Source of the DNA: Candidatus Latescibacterota bacterium
Lineage (GTDB): Bacteria; Latescibacterota; UBA2968; UBA8231
Direction of reading: 5' to 3'
NCBI GenBank assembly: GCA_965204725.1
Contig: OZ242005.1
Coordinates: forward strand, 2,944,001 to 3,008,000
Length of the DNA: 64,000 nucleotides
In this document: positions 57,098 to 64,000 of the stretch, piece by piece
How the letters are laid out: the number at the start of each line of letters is the position of its first letter
How positions within the stretch are numbered: the first letter of the stretch is position 1
Translations under genes and position numbers: made by a program
The notes under the pieces: generated by a model
Seen by the model: only the letters and a program-made list of their open reading frames with translations
What the model was told of the DNA's origin: nothing
Databases searched by the model: none

Positions 57098-57976
57098 TCA
57101 GGGAATGCCCAATTCCCGCCGGTATATCTCGTCGGCGTTGGCCTGCAACTGCCAGTAGGGGACCCGGATCGTCCGCACCAATTCGCCGCGCCCCCCAGCG
57201 CCGTCCTCCCAGCGCAGAATGCGATGCGGATAGGCTTTTTCCGTCCACAACGTGTGCTGCCGTGGGCCAATGTGCAGCTCCCACCGCACGCTGGCTCGCG
57301 CACCGGCGGCCGTCTGAAGTTGCTCCTCGGCGGCCTTGTGGATTCGCCCGCTCGCCATCGCATGCGGCTGATGCGCCTGCCTAAGCTGCCAAAAGCTCGG
57401 CAGCACCTCCAGCTTCTGCACCTCGCCCAAGGCCATAAACGGCCCTTGCAGCTCACGGATGCGGATCAGCAGGTGGTCCTCGCTCGCGAAGTGCTCTGGC
57501 TGCTTGAGCTGGTAGGCCCCCCGGCCTTCGCTGGCAAAATAGCTGCTGATGCGCCCGTTGATCTGCCCGCCGCTAAACAGGGCCTCGTCAAAGACCTGCC
57601 CGCACCACTCTTGTGCGCTGAACGAAATGCGCCGCAACTCAAAGGGATGCCGCTCGCCCGCCACTTGGCTAAAAACAGAAGTCATTACCGAGTAGTCGTA
57701 TATCCCGGTCGTAAACTTGAGGATGTGGTTGAGCTTGAGCGCGTAGAATCGGTCGGCCTCCGCGGTCGGCGAATCGACCTTGATCAAGGTCTGCCGGTGC
57801 AGGTCCTCGGTGACGAAGATCATCACTCCGTACCCTGACCGCAGCTCGCCGTAGCGGGGCTGGACCACCTCGTAGCTAGAGACCTCGGCCTTCCCGTCGG
57901 CCCAGTGCGCGTAGAAATCTACCGCGCCCACCTGCACGGCCCCAGCCAATAGGGGCACTATCATCCATTTGATCAT
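57098..57976 (-). CDS. Hypothetical secreted protein
   Basis: Signal peptide; 'WADGKAEVSSY..RYGE..IFVTE..FTTGIYDYS..QEWCG' looks conserved. Confidence 0.7.
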   Translation of the reverse strand: MIKWMIVPLLAGAVQVGAVDFYAHWADGKAEVSSYEVVQPRYGELRSGYGVMIFVTEDLHRQTLIKVDSPTAEADRFYALKLNHILKFTTGIYDYSVMTSVFSQVAGERHPFELRRISFSAQEWCGQVFDEALFSGGQINGRISSYFASEGRGAYQLKQPEHFASEDHLLIRIRELQGPFMALGEVQKLEVLPSFWQLRQAHQPHAMASGRIHKAAEEQLQTAAGARASVRWELHIGPRQHTLWTEKAYPHRILRWEDGAGGRGELVRTIRVPYWQLQANADEIYRRELGIP

Positions 57977-57987
57977 CGTCAAAGACC

Positions 57988-59601
57988 TCAGCGCGATTCG
58001 CTGCGGAGCCCCATCCAGACGCAGACGCACATCCCGAGAATTACGAAGGAAAAAGGGAGGCCGGTTGCGATTGCGGCAGCCTGCAATGACTTCAGCCCGC
58101 CGCCGAGTAGGAGGGCAATGGCGACCAGCCCCTCTATCGTACACCAGAAGACCCGTTGCGGTACGGGCGCGTCCGTCCTGCCGCCGGCTGCGATGGTGTC
58201 GATGATCAGAGAGCCTGAGTCCGACGAGGTAATGAAGAAGACAATGGTCAGGAGCATCCCGATGCAGGACAGCAGGCTCGTCAGCGGGAGTTGGTCGAAC
58301 ATTTTGAACAGCACGAGGGCCGGCTTATAGACCTCGACCGTTTCGGTTACGCCGGTGTAGCCCTCGGCGAGGAATTGGTGAATGGCAGTGCCGCCAAACG
58401 CACCGAACCACACCACGCACAACAGCGTCGGCAGAAGGAGCACGAAAATCATGAACTCGCGCACCGTGCGCCCTTTGGAAATGCGGGCGATGAAGGTGCC
58501 GACAAACGGCGCCCAAGCGATCCACCACGCCAAGTAGAACGTCGTCCAGCCGTGCAGGAAGTCCGTATCCTCCCGCCCGACCCAGTTGCTCAGCGGCACA
58601 ATTTTCGCGACGTATTCCCCGAGCCCAGCGAACATGCTGCGAAAAATGTAGGACGTTGGGCCGAGTATGATGACAGTCAACAACAGCAACAACGCGAGTA
58701 GGATGTTGAGCTGGCTGAGCCGCTTGATACCGACGTCAATACCCGTCAGCACAGAAGCCAGCGCGATAGACGTAATCACCACAATCAGCAGCACCATGGT
58801 CGCGTTGGTCTCGGGAATGTCGAACAAATAGTTGAGGCCGGCCGACACTTGTTGGACGCCGAGGCCGAGCGAGGTCGCAAGCCCAAACAGCCCGGCAAAG
58901 ATGGCAAACGTATCGATGGCATGCCCGGGCCAGCCCCAGACGCGCTCGCCGAGCAGCGGATAGAACGCCGAGCGGATGGCGAGCGGAAGCCCCTTGTTGT
59001 AAGCAAAAAACGCAAGGGTGAGACCGACGATGCCATAGACCGCCCAGCCGTGTAGGCCCCAGTGAAAAGTCGTCGCGGCAACCCCGAGGGCACTCGCCGT
59101 TTGGGTGTTGGCGTCGTCCATTGCGGGCGTATTATCGGCGTTGTACGCTATCTCTGTATCATAAACTTGGTCTAGGTGCGTTAGGCTGAGAGGAGGACTC
59201 TGAAAGTAGGTCACTGGCTCTAGCACCCCAAAGAACAGGAGACCGATTCCCACGCCGGCCGCAAAGAGCATTGCCAGCCAAGTTAAGTAGGAGTACTCGG
59301 GCTTTGCCTCTTTCCCGCCGAGGCGCACCTTGCCGAGGGGGGTGAACGCCACAAACAGGCAAAAGAGAATGACGAAATTGGTGGTGATCATGAACAACCA
59401 ATCGAGGTTCGTCGTCAGCCACGTGCGGGTATTTCCGAAAACCGTTGTCGCGCCCTCCTGAAAGACGAGGGCACCGACGATAAAGATGACAATGGCAATA
59501 CTCGAAGTCACGAACACAGGCGTGAGGTAAATCTCTAAACCGAATAACTTCCTGTACTCCTCGTCGCCCGGCCGTTGGGGTGGGGTGGGGTGTTTCCGCA
59601 T
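57988..59601 (-). CDS. BCCT-family (betaine/choline/carnitine) transporter
   Basis: 'WLAMLFAAGVGIGL', 'FHWGLHGW', 'WWIAWAPFVG.FIARISKGRT.REF', 'TSSDS'. Confidence 0.95.
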   Translation of the reverse strand: MRKHPTPPQRPGDEEYRKLFGLEIYLTPVFVTSSIAIVIFIVGALVFQEGATTVFGNTRTWLTTNLDWLFMITTNFVILFCLFVAFTPLGKVRLGGKEAKPEYSYLTWLAMLFAAGVGIGLLFFGVLEPVTYFQSPPLSLTHLDQVYDTEIAYNADNTPAMDDANTQTASALGVAATTFHWGLHGWAVYGIVGLTLAFFAYNKGLPLAIRSAFYPLLGERVWGWPGHAIDTFAIFAGLFGLATSLGLGVQQVSAGLNYLFDIPETNATMVLLIVVITSIALASVLTGIDVGIKRLSQLNILLALLLLLTVIILGPTSYIFRSMFAGLGEYVAKIVPLSNWVGREDTDFLHGWTTFYLAWWIAWAPFVGTFIARISKGRTVREFMIFVLLLPTLLCVVWFGAFGGTAIHQFLAEGYTGVTETVEVYKPALVLFKMFDQLPLTSLLSCIGMLLTIVFFITSSDSGSLIIDTIAAGGRTDAPVPQRVFWCTIEGLVAIALLLGGGLKSLQAAAIATGLPFSFVILGMCVCVWMGLRSESR

Positions 59602-59611
59602 GGGGCCTCTA

Positions 59612-61387
59612 TCAATCCCCTACCACGCGGATCTCAAGGGCTTGCGAGCCTTTGAGGGCTAGATCAACCGCTTGCTGCGTAGAAACCGCTGGCTCGGGGG
59701 CCAAAAAAGGAAATCCAGTGGCCCCGGCCCCAATGCCCGCCCCCTCATCGGCTCCGTCCGCAAAGGGCCGCACAAACGTCAACTGCGCCTTTAAGATCGC
59801 GTGTTCGTCCGGTGCATTCACGCGGGCAAAAAATTCGCCGAGCGTTTCATCCGACTCAGTGCCCGAGGGGGCGGATGGAGCTTCAGTCGGCCCGAGCGGA
59901 GTTTCAGCGCCAAAACCACCCGATGCACCAAACGGCTCGGCTCGGCTCAAGGCCGCGACCGAACCCACTTCAAGCCGATAGACGCCAACGGGAAGCTCGT
60001 CCGGTATGCTGAGGGCGAGCTCAATCGCTTGGTCCCGGAGCCGACCTACGCGCAACGATGTCTCAATAGGCAGGGTGCTCCCGACGCGGACCACGGAGTC
60101 GGCCACAACGGCTGTGACTTTTGCAAAGCGAGATTCAGCGAGCAGTTCGAGGTGAACCTCGGCCTCGCGCAACTCCAACTCGTAATCATCCCTAGTCATG
60201 AGTTGTGTGATCATCCGGTTCAAATCGTCCTCTGCCCTGATATACAAGGTCCTGAAGCGGGAGTCCGCAGTGGCGTAAAGCCGGGAGAGGGCCAGTACCG
60301 AATCGGTTCCGACAAAGGAAATGTTCGTCCTGACCCGCATACTGACATTCGCCTCATTGGCAACCTCGCTGGTCAACGGCACAAAAACAGCCGCAGAGAG
60401 CAGCCGGCTCCCTTTTGCCATCTCGTGCATGTATTCGAGTCTGCGCCCCGCAGGAAGCGTATATACGCTCCGAATAGGGATCAGTTCCGGCGCCTCCCCC
60501 AGCCGACCGCGCACCCCGGGCAAATAGTCTTCGGTCAGGGTTCCCCGCACCGTTGGGTTCAAGGTCAACAACTTGAACGGTGCCTGAATACTCGATATTT
60601 CGGCGAGGACCTGTCCTTCTATAATAGGCAGTTCCACGGCACCCGTGTTTGCCATTGGATGCCCGAAACCATATACCCGGTCGCCCTCGATATAGGATAT
60701 AGTCCCAAACGCGCCGCGCGTAACCTCACCCAAAAGATACCCAACCACGAGCGGTCGGCCGGGTTCAAAGCTCTCCTGACGCTGCGTGGTCTTCCCCGCT
60801 TGCACCATCCCCTTTGGGAACGACTCCAGATCGAATCCAGTGCCGACCAATGGGATTTCCAACGGGGCGAAGCGGGTGTCCGCCCAAGTCGCCGTGGGCT
60901 TGGCCAAGGGCCTAGGGCCTTCTCGGCCGATTACCCACTCTATGGGCGTGGCAAAGAAATAGTACGGCGGGCTGGTTTGGCCATTAGACCCATAAGCAAT
61001 GGCTCCCCAAGTGCCTTGCTCGGTGAAGATGGGTGAACCGCTCATCCCTTGGGCAATGCCTTTCAACTGGATCAAAACCGGATCGGAGGCTTCGACCAGA
61101 TAGACCGGCATGGGGGGCAAAAAATCATCGACCACCTGTATGAACGTCATTTCGAGATCCGCGAGCTGGCCATTGGCAAATTCGGTGCGCAAGAATACGG
61201 GCGTACCCGGGGGCATGGTGCGCACCGAATCAACCGGGACAATGGGCGACAGATCCCAAGGTTTTAATTCCCCGGTCGGGCGCAGCACCGGATGCTGCGG
61301 CGCGGTGGGGGCAGGGGCCGTATCATCGTCGTTCCCACAGCCTCCTAGACCGACGACGAGCGCGAACAGGGCTAAATGGATCAACAT
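59612..61387 (-). CDS. SpoIVB-like peptidase S55 lipoprotein
   Basis: Lipobox 'LGGC'; 'GIAQGMSGSPI', 'GAIAYG', 'YGFGHP'. Confidence 0.82.
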   Translation of the reverse strand: MLIHLALFALVVGLGGCGNDDDTAPAPTAPQHPVLRPTGELKPWDLSPIVPVDSVRTMPPGTPVFLRTEFANGQLADLEMTFIQVVDDFLPPMPVYLVEASDPVLIQLKGIAQGMSGSPIFTEQGTWGAIAYGSNGQTSPPYYFFATPIEWVIGREGPRPLAKPTATWADTRFAPLEIPLVGTGFDLESFPKGMVQAGKTTQRQESFEPGRPLVVGYLLGEVTRGAFGTISYIEGDRVYGFGHPMANTGAVELPIIEGQVLAEISSIQAPFKLLTLNPTVRGTLTEDYLPGVRGRLGEAPELIPIRSVYTLPAGRRLEYMHEMAKGSRLLSAAVFVPLTSEVANEANVSMRVRTNISFVGTDSVLALSRLYATADSRFRTLYIRAEDDLNRMITQLMTRDDYELELREAEVHLELLAESRFAKVTAVVADSVVRVGSTLPIETSLRVGRLRDQAIELALSIPDELPVGVYRLEVGSVAALSRAEPFGASGGFGAETPLGPTEAPSAPSGTESDETLGEFFARVNAPDEHAILKAQLTFVRPFADGADEGAGIGAGATGFPFLAPEPAVSTQQAVDLALKGSQALEIRVVGD

Positions 61388-61509
61388 GATGTATCCTCCT
61401 CTTTGCAGAGCATCGCCCAAGTTCACGACACCCGTCTGTGATGGTGTATCTACACCCGTTTTATACGCTAAAACGGACTTTGCGTCAAAGCGCGCCGGCG
61501 AGGTCGCGG

Positions 61510-61582
61510 TTGACTTAGGGCTTTAATTGGCTATATATTACAACTATTTGGCATGTCAAACATATTTTTAGCAACCTAAACA
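61510..61582 (+). promoter_or_regulatory. feoAB promoter with putative metalloregulator operators
   Basis: TTGACT...TATATT followed by imperfect inverted repeats tttggcatgtcaaa and tttagcaacctaaa (DtxR/MntR-like by inference). Confidence 0.5.
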
Positions 61583-61840
61583 ATGCCCGCCGGAAATCGC
61601 GTGAAACTCCGCAAAACATCATCTCATCTCGACTTGTCGCAGTTGCCTCGGCACGTCGAGGCCGTCATCGCCGAGATCGCAGGGCCAGCGCACTTGGCCG
61701 CCCGCCTGCGCGAATTGGGCTTTTTGCCCGGCGAGCACTTGTGCGTGTTGCGCTCAGGGGCCGCGCTCATCGTCCAAATCGGACAGACCCGCTTGGCCCT
61801 GCGGCGTCAAGACGCTGCCGCCATCCGCCTCGTCTCCTAG
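61583..61840 (+). CDS. feoA: Ferrous iron transport protein A
   Basis: 'RLRELGFLPG..RLALRRQDA'; directly upstream of feoB. Confidence 0.88.
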   Translation: MPAGNRVKLRKTSSHLDLSQLPRHVEAVIAEIAGPAHLAARLRELGFLPGEHLCVLRSGAALIVQIGQTRLALRRQDAAAIRLVS

Positions 61841-61846
61841 TTTCAG

Positions 61847-63982
61847 TTGAGTAGCCCCGCTTTGCGGACCCTCGCACTTATCGGCAACCCCAACACCGGC
61901 AAGACCACGCTCTTTAACGCCCTGACCGGATTGTCCCAGCACGCCGGGAACTATCCGGGCGTCACGGTCGAGCACAAAGTGGGCGCGGTCGCACTCGCGG
62001 GCGGGGAAGCGCTTGAGCTGATTGACCTGCCCGGCACGTACAGCCTCGCGGCGCACTCGCCCGACGAGATGCTGGCCATTGACGTACTCTTGGGCCAACA
62101 GCAAGACGCGCCGCCCGTCGATGGCATTTTGGTGGTCGTCGATGCCAGCAACCTGCGGCGCAATTTTTACTTGGTTTCCCAACTCGCGGAAGTCGATTTG
62201 CCCTTGGTCGTGGCCCTCAATATGGGGGACATCGCCATTCGGCGCGGCATTCGCATCGACGCCCATGCCTTGTCCGAAGCACTCGGCGCGCCGGTGGTGC
62301 CTATATGCGCCCACCGGCGGCAGGGGCTAGACGAGCTGCGACGCGCCTTGGCGGCCTCGGGTGCCGGGCGGGCGCAGCAGATAGACCTGCCCGAGCCGCT
62401 CCAGCGCGCCACCGCCGAGCTACAAGCCGCCGTCTCCGGGCCGCTCTCGCCCGTAGAGGCCCTGCGCGCCCTAGTGGATGAAGATGGCTATGCCGAGCAC
62501 CGCTTGTTGGCGGCCGCTGGGGATGGCGTCGCTGGCCGCTTGCACGGCCTGCGCACGGCCTGCGCGGACTCCCTATCCGAATTGGAAAGCAACGCCCGCT
62601 ATGCTTGGATCGATGGCCTGCTCGCGCGGGCGATTTCTCAGCCCAGTCGCCTACAGGGCCGCCGCTCAGACCGGGCCGACCGCATTCTCGCGCACCGCTT
62701 TTTTGGCACGGCGATTTTTGTGCTGATCAACCTCTTGGTCTTTGAAGCCATTTATACGTGGTCCGGGCCGCTGATGGATGCCATTGACGCGCTCTTTGCC
62801 GTCGCCGGCGACCGCGTCGCCGCGTTCATCCCCCCTGGCCCCCTGCAAAGCCTCGTCGTCGATGGTCTCATTGCCGGCGTGGGCGGCGTCCTCATCTTCC
62901 TGCCTCAGATCGCCATCTTGTTCTTTTTTTTGGCCCTGCTCGAAGACAGCGGCTACATGGCCCGCGCCGCGCTGTTGATGGATCGGCTGCTCACCCGCGT
63001 GGGGCTTTCTGGCACGGCCTTCATTCCCCTGCTGTCCAGCTTTGCCTGCGCCGTCCCGGGCATCATGGCCGCCCGCACCATTGAAGACCGACGCGACCGC
63101 TTTGCCACCATTTTGGTCGCGCCGCTGATGAGCTGCTCGGCGCGGCTGCCGGTGTACGTGCTGTTTATCGGCACCTTTGTCCCAGATCGCTCGCTGTGGG
63201 GTGGCATCATCGGCTGGCAGGCTCTGACCTTGTTCGCTTTCTATTGCCTCGGTGCGCTCGTCGCCATCCCGGTGGCTTGGTTGCTCAAGCGGACCTTGCT
63301 CCGCGGCGATCCGCCGCCCTTTCTGCTGGAGCTGCCTTCGTACAAGATACCCGATCTACGCACGGTGCTGCTGCGCGTACATCACAGCAGTCGAGCCTTT
63401 GTCGTCCGCGCTGGCAGCCTCATCTTGGCGACGACGATTGCGATGTGGGCACTGGCGTACTTCCCGCGCTCGGCCGAGGTGGTTGAGCGCCACCAAGCTG
63501 AGCGCCAAGCGGCCGAGCCCGAAGCCCTCGACGCCTTAGAAAAGCACCAAGCGGCCGATCTTGTCGAAAACAGCTATCTCGGCCAAGCCGGGCATTGGGT
63601 CGCGCCGGCCGTGCGCCCTTTGGGCTGGGACTGGCGCATTGGCATGGCGGTCATCGCCTCGTTCCCGGCCCGCGAAGTCATCATCTCGGCCTTGGGCACC
63701 ATCTACAGCCTCGGCGCGGGCGAGGACGAAGGCTCTGAGAGCCTACGGGCGACCTTGGCCGCGGCCACGTGGCCGGATGGCCGCCCGATTTACACCTTGG
63801 CGGTCGCGCTGTCCATCATGGTTTTTTTCGCCCTTTGCGCCCAGTGCCTATCGACCTTGGTGGTCATAAAAAAAGAGACCGGCTCCTATAGCTGGTCCCT
63901 GTTTAGCTTTGGCTATATGACCGCCCTCGCCTATGTCGGTGCGCTGGCGACCTACCAAGTCGGCACGGCTCTGGGGTTTTGA
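61847..63982 (+). CDS. feoB: Ferrous iron transport protein B
   Basis: 'GNPNTGKTT', 'NYPGVTVE', 'DLPG', 'LEDSGYMAR', 'MSCSARLPV'. Confidence 0.97.
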   Translation: MSSPALRTLALIGNPNTGKTTLFNALTGLSQHAGNYPGVTVEHKVGAVALAGGEALELIDLPGTYSLAAHSPDEMLAIDVLLGQQQDAPPVDGILVVVDASNLRRNFYLVSQLAEVDLPLVVALNMGDIAIRRGIRIDAHALSEALGAPVVPICAHRRQGLDELRRALAASGAGRAQQIDLPEPLQRATAELQAAVSGPLSPVEALRALVDEDGYAEHRLLAAAGDGVAGRLHGLRTACADSLSELESNARYAWIDGLLARAISQPSRLQGRRSDRADRILAHRFFGTAIFVLINLLVFEAIYTWSGPLMDAIDALFAVAGDRVAAFIPPGPLQSLVVDGLIAGVGGVLIFLPQIAILFFFLALLEDSGYMARAALLMDRLLTRVGLSGTAFIPLLSSFACAVPGIMAARTIEDRRDRFATILVAPLMSCSARLPVYVLFIGTFVPDRSLWGGIIGWQALTLFAFYCLGALVAIPVAWLLKRTLLRGDPPPFLLELPSYKIPDLRTVLLRVHHSSRAFVVRAGSLILATTIAMWALAYFPRSAEVVERHQAERQAAEPEALDALEKHQAADLVENSYLGQAGHWVAPAVRPLGWDWRIGMAVIASFPAREVIISALGTIYSLGAGEDEGSESLRATLAAATWPDGRPIYTLAVALSIMVFFALCAQCLSTLVVIKKETGSYSWSLFSFGYMTALAYVGALATYQVGTALGF

Positions 63983-64000
63983 AATGGGTTTGCAGCTAAC

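Noticed and set aside
59801-61036. 411-aa plus-strand ORF and many other long overlapping ORFs in GC-rich regions
   Set aside because: They overlap well-supported genes and are expected shadow ORFs in high-GC DNA.

Overview
GC-rich bacterial chromosomal segment. Its profile (ankyrin, LRR and TPR eukaryotic-like proteins, a PhyH-HEAT fusion, a C-terminal 'AVEAASWGQIK' motif) suggests a Latescibacterota/Poribacteria-like, possibly sponge-associated symbiont; this is inference. Layout: (1) 1-3853, a lower-GC defence island with the end of a type I R-M S subunit and a dcm/ParB-like/degraded putative nuclease operon. (2) NAD salvage genes pncA-pncB', with pncB cut off at ~5460 by (3) a ~9.1 kb tail-less, integrase-less, decaying HK97-type capsid/packaging module (TerL, HNH, capsid, protease, portal) resembling a capsid-forming satellite. 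It also carries a promoter-driven structured RNA, an origin-like repeat/palindrome region, an internalin-like LRR lipoprotein and a truncated Rep-like gene. (4) Housekeeping genes including nadE. (5) A second ~4 kb phage-like island (27.0-31.0 kb) with ankyrin lipoproteins, a superinfection-immunity gene and a solitary type I-E CRISPR repeat in an ankyrin gene leader; it shares several exact DNA motifs with the first element. (6) Core genes: UxaA-like hydrolase, murA, tRNA-Phe, ECF sigma/anti-sigma, PreP peptidase, anmK, BCCT, SpoIVB-like peptidase, feoAB. All calls come from reading the sequence; no database searches were run.
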